Assembly: GCF_008000775.2 (NCBI RefSeq)
Contig: NZ_CP042905.2
Location: 3,420,001 to 3,452,000 of the forward strand
Length of the DNA: 32,000 nt
Direction of reading: 5' to 3'
From: Promethearchaeum syntrophicum
GTDB taxonomy: Archaea; Asgardarchaeota; Lokiarchaeia; Sigyniarchaeales; Promethearchaeaceae
Below are positions 1 through 10,204 of this stretch, in pieces. The notes beneath the pieces are model-generated. The model was not told the origin of the DNA. It saw only the letters and a program-made list of their open reading frames with translations, and did not search any database. A program made the translations under genes and the position numbers. The first letter of the stretch is position 1. Each line of letters starts with the position of its first letter.

Positions 1-208
1 CCAAGAATGGTCTTGGAATTCGGATCTCACGCAAAGGAATGACAAATTTTTTTTCGATATGATCGGGCGAACCGAGTCACATAAAAAGAACATTGTTCTC
101 CAGTCCCCTTGGGATCCGCCTGCAACGAGTAGATTGGCGGTAATTATTATTTTGTCGGCAGATTATTTAATACTTTCGGAGTGCTAAGTGCTCCAAAAAG
201 TCTTTTGG
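1..208. ncRNA. Candidate structured non-coding RNA (may continue off the left edge)
   Basis: Local GC peak (about 54% over 61-140 in a very AT-rich window) and tandem perfect or GU-compatible stems: CCAAGA/TCTTGG (1-16), TCGG/CCGA (63-75), AGAAC/GTTCT (87-99), CCGCC/GGCGG (116-140), GGAGTGC/GTGCTCC (178-194), CCAAAA/TTTTGG (193-208). No known RNA family recognised; strand unknown. Confidence 0.35.
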
Positions 209-395
209 TGATGGATTCCTAAGTATGAATTCCAAAATTACACAAATTCAAAGAGCTTTCCTTTTCTATAAGTAAAAATCATGTTTAAGATGAAAATGGC
301 GAAGGAGTTGAGTTGGAGAAATGACCTTCTTCAAAATAAAGCAAAAAATCGTAATTTAAGGAACTTCAAAAAAAAATATAATAAAAAATTAAATA

Positions 396-1520
396 TTATT
401 CTTCTACAGCAGCAGTAACATTACCTTTTATTGATTTCATATGGGCATAATATTCTTCTCTCATTAATTCTAATGCTTTTACCAATACATTTGAATTTTG
501 AGCCCGACTGCGGTATTGTTTTCGAATTGTGTCAACTAAATACCGGGGGTAGAATTTATCTATATAGAAATCACAAGTTAAGCAAAAGTATTCATTACCT
601 TTGTCATCTTTAAACACTGCAACCATTTTTGTTTCCCAAAAGGATTTTAATACTCTATCAACATCGTCTACTCCCTTTTTCCGTAATTTCTCTAAATCAT
701 TGCGAGTGACTATTGCTTCACGCATTAATTTTAACACTTCATAACATGCAGGATCCAATAATACTTTTTCAATGATTTCTATATTGTCTCGCTCACTTGG
801 TGTATAATGTTTGAAGAAATTACGAATTTCAGAGGTATATTCGCCCACTAACGATTGAGGTAGGTGTCTATCAACGGGATCCTTTATTAATTCTGCAGGA
901 GGGACTCTGAGAGCCATAATATCTTCAGAAAGAAATACTAAATCGGAAGACATGCCTTTGACAGAAGCAATTTTAGCAATCCCAAGTTTGACCATCGCAT
1001 TTAATATGTTTTCAATATCTACAAAACCTTCTTTGTACTGATCTTTTAACCATATAGAGATTTCAGATTTGGAAATGACACATTCTTCTCTGAGTCTCTC
1101 TAAAATCATACGTTTAATCTCGCTGTTTAGAAACATTCCATATCTCTGTTCTTCCTTTAGAGTTGGATAAACAGATAAGCGTTGGAATAAGGGAGGTAGA
1201 ATCGCATTCAAAGAATCCGACTCTAAATTCATAAGAATTTGACGTGTAATATCAGACAAACCCTCTTCATATACATCTCCATCTTCTTCCATGGATAGAA
1301 TCAGAATAACGTAAATTGCTGATTCTGGACCGGTATAATAGGAGGCCAGATTAACAGCGCCGGCTGCGATTGAAACTAACCCTGCTTCCCCAGTAAATTC
1401 GTGTTGGGAATAGAGTTGCATCAGTGTTTTTTCTTGAATTGTGGCTTCTTGTGGATAGGCCCCAAGTACTTCGACACCCATACGTTCATCCCAATGCATT
1501 ATGACTAATCCGGAAGGCAT
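396..1520 (-). CDS. Putative longin/roadblock-like N-terminal domain plus winged-helix region protein, 374 aa
   Basis: ORF MPSGLVIMHWDERMGVEVLGAYPQEA...; N-terminal pattern (GLVIMHWDERMG-EVLGAYP...ASYYTG) resembles archaeal longin-like small-domain proteins; later segment wHTH-like. Starts 2 nt after the upstream gene ends. Domain naming is tentative. Confidence 0.6.
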   Translation of the reverse strand: MPSGLVIMHWDERMGVEVLGAYPQEATIQEKTLMQLYSQHEFTGEAGLVSIAAGAVNLASYYTGPESAIYVILILSMEEDGDVYEEGLSDITRQILMNLESDSLNAILPPLFQRLSVYPTLKEEQRYGMFLNSEIKRMILERLREECVISKSEISIWLKDQYKEGFVDIENILNAMVKLGIAKIASVKGMSSDLVFLSEDIMALRVPPAELIKDPVDRHLPQSLVGEYTSEIRNFFKHYTPSERDNIEIIEKVLLDPACYEVLKLMREAIVTRNDLEKLRKKGVDDVDRVLKSFWETKMVAVFKDDKGNEYFCLTCDFYIDKFYPRYLVDTIRKQYRSRAQNSNVLVKALELMREEYYAHMKSIKGNVTAAVEE

Positions 1521-1522
1521 TT

Positions 1523-4500
1523 TTAGATCCCTCCTGTAGCTTCTTCACTAGATGATAATAATTCATCACTAGGAACAGATTCTTTACCAATTCCAAGAAT
1601 CTCATTTAAATTCAAATCAAGTAATTTCCAATACTCATCAAATTTCTCAATAATTTCTTCGTTAGCTGAAACAGAGATATTGTCATCAGATATGGTCTTC
1701 TTTCCAGAAATATCGGATAAAACTTTGTTAATCATCTTAACAAATGCAGGAATTCGAGCATTTTGCACAAGTTTATACCCAACTAAAGATCCAACTAAAA
1801 TTACTACTGCTCCTACTCCCAATAACAGATAGAAGGTTGGAAAACCATCAAAGATTTCATCCATTTTAATGGTGATTGAAATAGTTTCTGATACTTCAGA
1901 ATAATGATCAGCAGTAATGGTTAAAGTTCCTTGGAAGGTATTATCACGGAAGAATGCATTTATTTGTTCCTTAGAATAGCTAACATTAGCAGTATACACA
2001 CCATCATTATCATCATCAGTTAGAGAAATTGGAGCTTTTCCGTCATTAAACGTTATTATTACTGTAGCATTCAATAAAGGATCTCCAGTAACATTATCTA
2101 CTAAATTCACCGAGAATATTAAAACGTTTCCAGCTACTTTAATTATACTTGGACCTTCGAAATCACCAAGTAAATCTACAGAAACTTCCCGTTTTTCAAT
2201 TGTTAGGAAAATCATTGCTTGTTTTTGTTCATAATTTAATTCTCCCAACGTTACTAATAAGATATAACTCCCCGCTTCCAAAATGGTAGTGTTGAAATCT
2301 AGTTTATATTGATCTCCATCTACAGTAATATTTCCTGTGCTTGGAAGATCTTCAGTTGAAGTGTCATCCCATGAAAACAATTGAATAGATGTATCCGTAA
2401 TAGATTGATTTGTAAACTCTTCAATATATTTAAAAGAAAATCCGAAGTTATCAGTCTCTTGTAGGTTTATAGACAGTGTATACAATCCAGATGCTGGATC
2501 GTTATCATTCAATTGAATCTGAGTTTCAATTTCTTTGATAGTTAATTGAAGATACTCTGGTAAACTAAAATGATTTGCTAGGTTAGCGTCAATTTTTAAA
2601 CTATAATCTCCCGCATAAGTAAAAATTGAAGTATTTACCTCAACTGAATACCATCCAAGACCTTTACTTATGTTTCTCTCTAATACTCCAGAAATTGTAG
2701 GATTAATAACTAAATTCCATGTAATAGTAGCATTATCCAAACCATCTCCAGATACTAGCTCTTCGAATTGCACATCAATACTGAAATTATCATTCCAATA
2801 TACATCAATTGATTCATCCTCAATATTTAAGCTAGTTGAAATTGCTGTTATGTCAAAATCAAAGTCATATATTTGTGTTTCATAATTTTGTAGAGTAGCT
2901 GAAATTTTAATATAAATTGTGCCAATTTCATTAAAAACTTCTGATGAATTTAGCTCAATATCATACCACCCATCATTATCATTATCAGTTAGGATACCAT
3001 TAATTTCAGGATTGCTTAAATCAACATAAGATACTTCCGCACCAAGAATTGGAAGATCATTAAAAGTATCATTGTAAAATACAGATAATGTTTTATTTTC
3101 TCGCCATTCAATTGAGGTTGGCATTCCACTATTAGGAGTTAATGTTGTATTAATGTTAGCTAATTGAATATTTGAAATACCTACCAGAGGTGTATAACCA
3201 TCTTTACTTACAGTCACCCTTAAAGTATATCCTATTCCAGCTAATAAATCAAATCCTTCCAATTGATAATCCAGAGTATTATAAGAATAACCATTTAAAT
3301 CTGTGTTAAGAAATACCCCTTCACCAACAATTTCATCCCTTGATTGAATTAGATAAGTTACATCAGCGCCATCAATTGGAATTGAATCATTATAGCTGTA
3401 AGTAATATTGTAAACTAAATTTTGACCCCAAATTGTATAAGTATTATTTTCATCATCTTTCCAATCCACGGGAGAGAGATCTGTCAAAGTCATGGAAGTA
3501 TTAAAATCATAAATCTGAGTAGTAATATTGTGATAGGATAACGATTCCATATTAATTTGAAGATCTTGGTAGAAAGGTGCACCACCTGTTGAAGAAATAT
3601 AGCGATTATTAGGTCCTAAGAATTTACAAGTGAAATTAATTTGGGTTAGGTCTGCTGTGAAATTTGTCCATCTTAAAGTAGCATTTCCATTAATATCCGT
3701 TAATTCTGAACCAATGGTTCCATAAGTTCCTGTAGAATTCTCTTCATAATTTATTAAAGCTCCAACAAGACTATCTCCATTAATTGATTCAAAATGCAAT
3801 ACCAAACTTGTCATATTTACCAAAAATGATACTATTTTGGTGTTCAGATATGTAGTTTCGGTGTGATTAATGGATACGATATGCTCTCCTAAGGAAAGAA
3901 TATTTGAACCTCCATAAGGAGCATAGGTTAGGTTAACTGTATACGTATCATTTAGAATACTGTAAAAAGTAACATTTCCATCATCATTTGTTAATTCTGA
4001 ATCTACGTAATTAAGTCCTGTTTCATTTAAAAGTGTGACATTCAAACCAGGAACATTGTTTCCATCATGGTCATACACATTAATAACAAAATTAAAGAAT
4101 CGAGATTCTTCTTCTCCAAGTGTAATTATTGGATCTGTTGTTAATGACTGATAATAATCATCAAAATAATCTTTAGCATTTGCAGCGTTCGTATATGAAT
4201 CAACATCACTTCTAAGATAAGACCAATAATCGACTGTTATTGAATACGTTGAACCGTAGCTCGCTGTATCTAAATTAGTTTCATTTCCAGGTATGAAATT
4301 AATTATATCATCTACATCGTTAACGCTTATTTTCCATTTTAATTCATCAAAAGTCATACTTGGATAATTTACTTGTTTGTTTGTAATAAATAACCCTAGG
4401 GCAGTGTAATAATTATTTCCATCAAAATCATGCAAAACAGTATAGTTTTCTGGTGTAAAATCAACATTAGAATGACCTTCATGCATTTGATCATCATAAA

Positions 4501-6157
4501 AATACCAATCTTGAGTAACTAATTGCCCATCATAAGTGTCCCAATTATAAAATGTATTCCAAGCAGCAAATTGATTTCCAACAATAGGATCTATAACTGA
4601 ATCCCAGAAATAGGTTCGATTTACTTTCCAAACATTTAAAGATCGATAAAACGACCATGTATCTTGTACTGTCATTGATATACCAGAAATTACAGTTGTG
4701 TCCTCCCATAAAACATCATAAACAGACATTACATCCCCTTTAATAACTTCACTTATACTATTTATTGATGAAACTCGGCCTGGTAGTTCTTTGGTTAGGT
4801 TTATATCATCTCCACTCAAGGCCGAACTATATATTCTTACTTCATCTAATGAACCGATCCACTCATTATTTGGACCTACAGTTCCATCAAAAGAATTTGC
4901 TTCAGAACCAGTACCTATAAAACCATATCTTGCAGGGTATGAACTATATCCAAGATCAAAACCAGAATGAGCACTTTCACTATCTTGATGTTCCCCATCA
5001 ACATATATGGATACAGTTTGTGAAACTGGATCATACAAAGCTGCAATATGATGCCAATTTCCATCATTAATAGTTATTGAAGGAGTAACATAAAAATCAT
5101 TGATATTGTTAGATTTTGTTGCCCATAATATCTGATTATTTCCAGTAACGGCTAATCTCCAATATTCTGAACGATCCCATGAGCCAATTATTCGTTCTCC
5201 ACTAGTACTGGTCGTTTTTATCCATGCCATTACGGTAATTCCTTCATTATATCCCATTCCACCATATAGACTTTCATCACCATTAACAGCATAATAATCA
5301 CCTGAACCATCCATAACGATAGCTTCACCGTACTTTCCAGGCTCATAAGTGGGATTACCATGTACTACATATCCAACTCCTGCACCACCCGGAACATTTC
5401 CAGTTTGTTCTTGTGGAGTATCATCATCAAAATTCCAATATCCTACCAAATTTTTCTCCAAATCAAGAACTCCAGGAGAAGTGGAATTATCATTAAATCG
5501 ATTTACTCCATAATTATCTTCTAGTTTGTAAGCACCGTAATATTCATCCATTTCCAAATGGTAATCTTTACCGAACGCATCATCCCAATCAACTGTCAAA
5601 TTATTTCCTGTTAAAGTAGTGCTAAAGGTGTTTCCAGATAAATCAACAGGATCGAATGTTTCTATAGGATCATAGTAAACATAATACATATTTGACCCTG
5701 GATTAAGGTTATTTTCAACAAATGTTATGGTAGCTTCATCCAAAAAGTCACCATTAAGTGTTGAATTCCAAACTTGACTCGGTATAGGAGTCCAAGTTTC
5801 ATCTTCACCACTAATGGAATACTTCACTATTCGGATTGAATCTTTATGGGCATTACCAGATGGAAATGTTAAAAATAAATCAATAGGTTTACTTTCTGAA
5901 AAGCTATTTGAGTTATTTATCTCAACACCTAGTCGGAATTGATAAGACTCATTCCACCAAGTTGATGGTATTTCTCCAGCAGAAGCAATAGGGTTATTTG
6001 TCAATCCTTCATCATTATTCATCAAGTTATTCGTATCTGCTATTTTTTCAACATTATCCGAATAATTTATATTTTGAAGAAGCGAAGATCCCATTGCTTG
6101 AATTAAGAGAAAAGATAAAATTATAAGAGAAATTCTCTTTTTATCATGTTTTTTCAT
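1523..6157 (-). CDS. Large secreted/cell-surface protein, LamG (concanavalin-like) domain, Ig-like repeats, C-terminal TM and short cytosolic tail, 1544 aa
   Basis: N-terminal signal-like hydrophobic segment (ISLIILSFLLIQAMGSS); TWWNESYQFRLGVEI... module; LamG-like stretch GITVMAWIKTTS...DGNWHHIAALYDPVSQTVSIYVDG...GSLDEVRIYSSAL; C-terminal TM GFPTFYLLLGVGAVVILVGSLVGYKLV followed by ~85 aa tail. Confidence 0.85.
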   Translation of the reverse strand: MKKHDKKRISLIILSFLLIQAMGSSLLQNINYSDNVEKIADTNNLMNNDEGLTNNPIASAGEIPSTWWNESYQFRLGVEINNSNSFSESKPIDLFLTFPSGNAHKDSIRIVKYSISGEDETWTPIPSQVWNSTLNGDFLDEATITFVENNLNPGSNMYYVYYDPIETFDPVDLSGNTFSTTLTGNNLTVDWDDAFGKDYHLEMDEYYGAYKLEDNYGVNRFNDNSTSPGVLDLEKNLVGYWNFDDDTPQEQTGNVPGGAGVGYVVHGNPTYEPGKYGEAIVMDGSGDYYAVNGDESLYGGMGYNEGITVMAWIKTTSTSGERIIGSWDRSEYWRLAVTGNNQILWATKSNNINDFYVTPSITINDGNWHHIAALYDPVSQTVSIYVDGEHQDSESAHSGFDLGYSSYPARYGFIGTGSEANSFDGTVGPNNEWIGSLDEVRIYSSALSGDDINLTKELPGRVSSINSISEVIKGDVMSVYDVLWEDTTVISGISMTVQDTWSFYRSLNVWKVNRTYFWDSVIDPIVGNQFAAWNTFYNWDTYDGQLVTQDWYFYDDQMHEGHSNVDFTPENYTVLHDFDGNNYYTALGLFITNKQVNYPSMTFDELKWKISVNDVDDIINFIPGNETNLDTASYGSTYSITVDYWSYLRSDVDSYTNAANAKDYFDDYYQSLTTDPIITLGEEESRFFNFVINVYDHDGNNVPGLNVTLLNETGLNYVDSELTNDDGNVTFYSILNDTYTVNLTYAPYGGSNILSLGEHIVSINHTETTYLNTKIVSFLVNMTSLVLHFESINGDSLVGALINYEENSTGTYGTIGSELTDINGNATLRWTNFTADLTQINFTCKFLGPNNRYISSTGGAPFYQDLQINMESLSYHNITTQIYDFNTSMTLTDLSPVDWKDDENNTYTIWGQNLVYNITYSYNDSIPIDGADVTYLIQSRDEIVGEGVFLNTDLNGYSYNTLDYQLEGFDLLAGIGYTLRVTVSKDGYTPLVGISNIQLANINTTLTPNSGMPTSIEWRENKTLSVFYNDTFNDLPILGAEVSYVDLSNPEINGILTDNDNDGWYDIELNSSEVFNEIGTIYIKISATLQNYETQIYDFDFDITAISTSLNIEDESIDVYWNDNFSIDVQFEELVSGDGLDNATITWNLVINPTISGVLERNISKGLGWYSVEVNTSIFTYAGDYSLKIDANLANHFSLPEYLQLTIKEIETQIQLNDNDPASGLYTLSINLQETDNFGFSFKYIEEFTNQSITDTSIQLFSWDDTSTEDLPSTGNITVDGDQYKLDFNTTILEAGSYILLVTLGELNYEQKQAMIFLTIEKREVSVDLLGDFEGPSIIKVAGNVLIFSVNLVDNVTGDPLLNATVIITFNDGKAPISLTDDDNDGVYTANVSYSKEQINAFFRDNTFQGTLTITADHYSEVSETISITIKMDEIFDGFPTFYLLLGVGAVVILVGSLVGYKLVQNARIPAFVKMINKVLSDISGKKTISDDNISVSANEEIIEKFDEYWKLLDLNLNEILGIGKESVPSDELLSSSEEATGGI

Positions 6158-6414
6158 ATTTAAATCTCCTAACTATCAATAAAAATATTGTAACCTAATA
6201 TATTTTTTATATTATGTAAATGATTGATTTTCAGCCTTAAAATTTATTTAATTGAAAAGTTTTGGGATTTTATTAAAAATTTTTTTCGATTTTTTAAAAA
6301 TTACTTAAAAACGGCATAAAGTTTGAAATTTCATATTTAAACCTAATTAACTCAAATAAATCATAAAGACAGATTTAAATTATTATGATATAAAATAATT
6401 AAATGGAGATAAAA

Positions 6415-6777
6415 ATGTTGGAAACTCAAAAAATTTTAATTATAGATGATGAGCCCATTTTACTTAAAATTTTAAGCAAATTTCTCCAAAAGCTTAATAT
6501 TCCTTCAGATACAGCAGAATCGGGAGAAATAGGAATAAAATTAGTTAAAAAAGAACCTTCTACATTTTCATACGCATTCATTGATTATAATTTACCTGGG
6601 CTTTCACCAAAAGAAATTATATCCCAAATTAGGAGTATAAATCCAAAAATTAAAATAATTCTTTCAACAGGTTATTCAGTTGAAGATATTAAAAGAGAAC
6701 TCCAACCAATAGAAATTGATGGAACCTTACAGAAACCCTTTACTTTCAATGATGTAAAAAAAGTTTTAGGAGAATAA
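6415..6777 (+). CDS. Stand-alone CheY-like receiver domain protein
   Basis: IIDDEP acidic pair, FIDYNLPG phosphoacceptor Asp, LSTGY, LQKPF Lys; all in canonical order. ORF track starts at 6403, but GGAG precedes the ATG at 6415. Confidence 0.85.
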   Translation: MLETQKILIIDDEPILLKILSKFLQKLNIPSDTAESGEIGIKLVKKEPSTFSYAFIDYNLPGLSPKEIISQIRSINPKIKIILSTGYSVEDIKRELQPIEIDGTLQKPFTFNDVKKVLGE

Positions 6778-6785
6778 TTCAAAAT

Positions 6786-8831
6786 TCAATGAGATAATGC
6801 ATTTGCAATTTCAGTGATTAAATGCATTAATTTTGAGGATAAATCGCTCAAGGATTTTAATATTACATATTGATTTGGTTTATATATTTTTGATAAATAA
6901 GAACTCTGACTTGAATCAATACTAATTGCATAAAGTTTTACTCCCATCCTTTGTATTGAAAATATGGCTTTACGAGTATCTTCAATTGCTTTTGGTCCTA
7001 AATAAGAAGTACCGCCATGGTGTGGTTGTCCATCTGAAATAATGATTAAAATCGGTGTAGAGTTTGTAGATGATTGTGATTGAAAATGATTCTTAACAAC
7101 AGTCCGAAATGATGTTCCATCTCTGTTTTCATTAAAAGCAGAAGCGACACTAATGGATCCGACTTTTGAAGGATTTAATTGTTCGTTTATATCTTTATAG
7201 ATTTTTTCACAAATGGAATTTTTGGAATACTTTGCACCAAACCCAATGATAGCATAGGAAATCCTAGTATTTTTTAAGGATTCCGCTAAAATTATACAAG
7301 ATTCCCTTGCTATTTTTATTCTCATCCCATTCATTGATCCAGATTCATCTACCAATAAAACTAGCTGAGCACCTTTATCAAAATTATGATATTTAAAGGG
7401 AGATTTAAATTGACCTCTACTAATTTTGACTTGAGCTAAATCTCTACCACATACATAGCCCCTTCGTTGACCTCTACGCATATTTGTCGATTTTTTTATA
7501 GGTGAAAATTTAATTTTTAATTTCTGAATTAAAATTGAATGAGTATTTACGATTTTCTTATAAATTTCAGCGGGATTTCTTACATTATTCAAATTTTGAA
7601 TAGCTTTTTCATTTCTAAAGAATTCTATTGAAATTATATCATCAAAATTTCGTATTTCTGGAGAAATTTCTCTGAATTTACTTTTACAACTTTTTTTTTC
7701 CTTCATTTCTTGTAAAATGGAGAGAATTTCTTCTTTAGATATATTTAATTCTTCTGAATTATCTTCAATGAATTCTTGAAAGTCAACCGCAGAATCCAAT
7801 TTCTTGGATTTTAGACTTCCCCTAATTTTTTTGAGTATTTCTTGGGACTTTTTATTTAATCTTATAGATTGAATTCCACTCGATGAAAATTTTATTTGGG
7901 ATTTGAATTTTTTTGAAATTGTGGTTTGAATCTCTTTTATCAATTCATCTTTTTTAGAAGCTTTTTCAAGTTCCTTCTCTTTGGGTAATCTTGATTCTTT
8001 AAACCCTTTAATTTGTGATTTATCACCTTCTTCTTTGGAACTAGCTTCATTTTTAGAACTTGCTTCTTTTTTGGAACAAGTTTCTTCTTTCTTTTTTCTA
8101 TCTTCAAGTTTTGGAAAAAAATCATCTTTAGAATCAAAGTATTTAAGTATTGAATGAATTATTCGCTTCGTTGCTATTAGAGTGGCTGCAAATGTCTGAT
8201 GGCTGCGAATAAATTTTAATGAATTTGAAATTTCCCTCCAAAAAAGACCTAATTGGGAAGATTCAAATTTAAATTTCCCACCTTCCGATAAGAGAAGATC
8301 AAATAATAATTCAGAATGTTGACATCCCTCAAAAGATAAAAAATTGATTAATAATTCAATTGCTTCGGGTTCAAATTTTTTTTCAATGGGGAATTGGGCA
8401 ATTTTTTTAATTTTTTGAGATAGCAATCTTAAATTTAAAATATCTATTTCATCCCAAAACCCTGGAAATGTTTCTTTGAGTAATAGCTCGACTCTTGCAT
8501 CTTCACAAATATTTAAGATAATCTGAGCAAAGCGAGGATTTTTAGGAAAAAGTTCTTTAGGGATTTGTGGATCGTTGATACTTTTAAACCTTATATGACT
8601 CCCCTCATGAGCGGCTAAACCTTCCAAATCTTCAAATGTTAATGATTTATCGCTAAATGGTAAAAAAATATTTACGCCATCTGTTCTGGGAATTCCATTT
8701 TTTACTACACATTGTGGAGAATCTGAAACTCTTTGAGCAATATTCTTCAAAATTCGTTGATCCGATAATTTAATGGTGTTTAGTTTGTTTTTTAAAAACA
8801 ACGGGGTTGATTTCATTATAAATATTAACAA
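6786..8831 (-). CDS. CobT/NorD-like VWA domain protein with N-terminal HExxH motif, 681 aa
   Basis: MIDAS motif LLVDESGSM, conserved T (RDGTSFRT) and D (IISDGQPHHGG); N-terminal HEGSHIRF and NICEDARVE, as in CobT/NorD-type proteins. Confidence 0.85.
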   Translation of the reverse strand: MLIFIMKSTPLFLKNKLNTIKLSDQRILKNIAQRVSDSPQCVVKNGIPRTDGVNIFLPFSDKSLTFEDLEGLAAHEGSHIRFKSINDPQIPKELFPKNPRFAQIILNICEDARVELLLKETFPGFWDEIDILNLRLLSQKIKKIAQFPIEKKFEPEAIELLINFLSFEGCQHSELLFDLLLSEGGKFKFESSQLGLFWREISNSLKFIRSHQTFAATLIATKRIIHSILKYFDSKDDFFPKLEDRKKKEETCSKKEASSKNEASSKEEGDKSQIKGFKESRLPKEKELEKASKKDELIKEIQTTISKKFKSQIKFSSSGIQSIRLNKKSQEILKKIRGSLKSKKLDSAVDFQEFIEDNSEELNISKEEILSILQEMKEKKSCKSKFREISPEIRNFDDIISIEFFRNEKAIQNLNNVRNPAEIYKKIVNTHSILIQKLKIKFSPIKKSTNMRRGQRRGYVCGRDLAQVKISRGQFKSPFKYHNFDKGAQLVLLVDESGSMNGMRIKIARESCIILAESLKNTRISYAIIGFGAKYSKNSICEKIYKDINEQLNPSKVGSISVASAFNENRDGTSFRTVVKNHFQSQSSTNSTPILIIISDGQPHHGGTSYLGPKAIEDTRKAIFSIQRMGVKLYAISIDSSQSSYLSKIYKPNQYVILKSLSDLSSKLMHLITEIANALSH

Positions 8832-8880
8832 AAAGGAGTTTATATATTTCGATAAAAATTATCAAACAATTACTTCTTAG

Positions 8881-8894
8881 GTGATAATTATCAC
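8881..8894. promoter_or_regulatory. Perfect 14-bp palindrome GTGATAATTATCAC overlapping the GTG start of the MoxR-like gene
   Basis: Exact inverted repeat at the edge of a 49-bp divergent intergenic region. Confidence 0.4.
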
Positions 8895-10152
8895 ACTTCA
8901 ATCAGATAAATCCAAAAATAATGAGTTTAATGAGGCATATTCGGGGAAAACATCATCAAAAAAACATAACATAAAAGAAAACTCTATTGATATCCTTGAA
9001 AACAAATCCCCTACAACTCAAAAGGCTTTACCTTATAATGTTATTTACCCTAATAAAAATCAACAGATTTATTACCCAGTTCTTGAGTTTGAAGGAGAAA
9101 ATTTGGAGAAAATTAACGAATTAGAATTGATACGCTTAGCAGTTGAGAGAGATCGACTCTCTGGTTCAAAGCATGTTTCAACATTTTATTTTTTTAGCCC
9201 ACCAGGTCTAGGAAAAACAGTGTTAGGTAGTTTTTTAGCAGCATGTTATAAATGTCCATATCAAATTGTAAATTGTGTAAATTCTATGATAGATCTTGAT
9301 TTATTAGGGAGTCAAATCCTTATAGGAGAAGGAACAAAATGGCAAGATGGTCCTATTCCTTCGATTATTCGTGCAGCAAATCATCATAAAATGGCAATTT
9401 TAATTATTAATGAATTAAATGCACTAACAGTAAATGCACAGATGGGTCTTAATCCTTTATTAGATAAGCAACAAGGAGTAATACTGACCCAAAATAATAA
9501 TGAATTTGTAAATCTATCTGAGGATAGCCAACTTTTAATCATAGCAACAATGAATCCAGATGTTATGGGAATAAATGATTTACAAGCTTCCGTTCGAGAT
9601 CGTGCTTCAGCAATTATTGAAATGAGCTATCCTTCTCTTGAAAAAGAATCATGGTTAATTCAACAGCTTACAGGATTGGATCAAAAATGGGCTCTAATGT
9701 ATTGTGAAGTTATTGCAGAATGTAGGAGAGCAAAATTTATCGATAACACAGTAACAAAGGCTCCAAGTACTCGCGCTATTATTGACTGGATTAATTATTC
9801 AAAAGTTTGGGGGGCGATGTTGTCATTTAAATTGACCATAGCCAATCGCTACTGTGCAGGAGATAATGAAATGGAAAAAAAAATATTGATACGAATTGCC
9901 ACAGGAAAGGGAGTTCAAAAATGGAAAATCCCAAAAGATGAAGATAAATTTAAGGAGATAAAATATCAAGATAGATTTCATTTTCCAACTAGCCAACCAA
10001 TGAAAAAAAAGAAACCTACTGAACTTGGGAAAAAAGGCTTGACACCAAGACAGAAAAAAGAAATCAAACAGCAAAAATTAGCTCAGAAATTAAATTTAGT
10101 CCCCTTGGATAATTTCTTTGGAAAGAAAGATAAAAAGTCTGTCATTAAATAA
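8881..10152 (+). CDS. MoxR-like AAA+ ATPase, 423 aa
   Basis: Walker A SPPGLGKTVLG, Walker B-like ILIINELNAL, sensor IIATMNPD, arginine region ASVRDRAS; GTG start directly after an in-frame TAG. Confidence 0.85.
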   Translation: MIIITLQSDKSKNNEFNEAYSGKTSSKKHNIKENSIDILENKSPTTQKALPYNVIYPNKNQQIYYPVLEFEGENLEKINELELIRLAVERDRLSGSKHVSTFYFFSPPGLGKTVLGSFLAACYKCPYQIVNCVNSMIDLDLLGSQILIGEGTKWQDGPIPSIIRAANHHKMAILIINELNALTVNAQMGLNPLLDKQQGVILTQNNNEFVNLSEDSQLLIIATMNPDVMGINDLQASVRDRASAIIEMSYPSLEKESWLIQQLTGLDQKWALMYCEVIAECRRAKFIDNTVTKAPSTRAIIDWINYSKVWGAMLSFKLTIANRYCAGDNEMEKKILIRIATGKGVQKWKIPKDEDKFKEIKYQDRFHFPTSQPMKKKKPTELGKKGLTPRQKKEIKQQKLAQKLNLVPLDNFFGKKDKKSVIK

Positions 10153-10204
10153 AGAGTTACATAAATGCATAATCATTAAATATATGATGGGAAATAATTA
10201 AATT

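Noticed and set aside
2-187. Open + frame QEWSWNSDLTQRNDKFFFDMIGRTESHKKNIVLQSPWDPPATSRLAVIIILSADYLILSEC* off the left edge
   Set aside because: The complementary frame is also open, the protein resembles nothing known, and the segment is hairpin-dense; a structured RNA is the more economical reading, though a coding 3' end is not excluded.
431-2885. + strand ORFs 431..613 and 2670..2885
   Set aside because: Short and antisense to strongly supported genes.
7940-10074. ORFs 7940..8137 (-) and 9823..10074 (-)
   Set aside because: The first is an out-of-frame Lys-rich shadow inside the VWA gene; the second is antisense to the MoxR-like gene.
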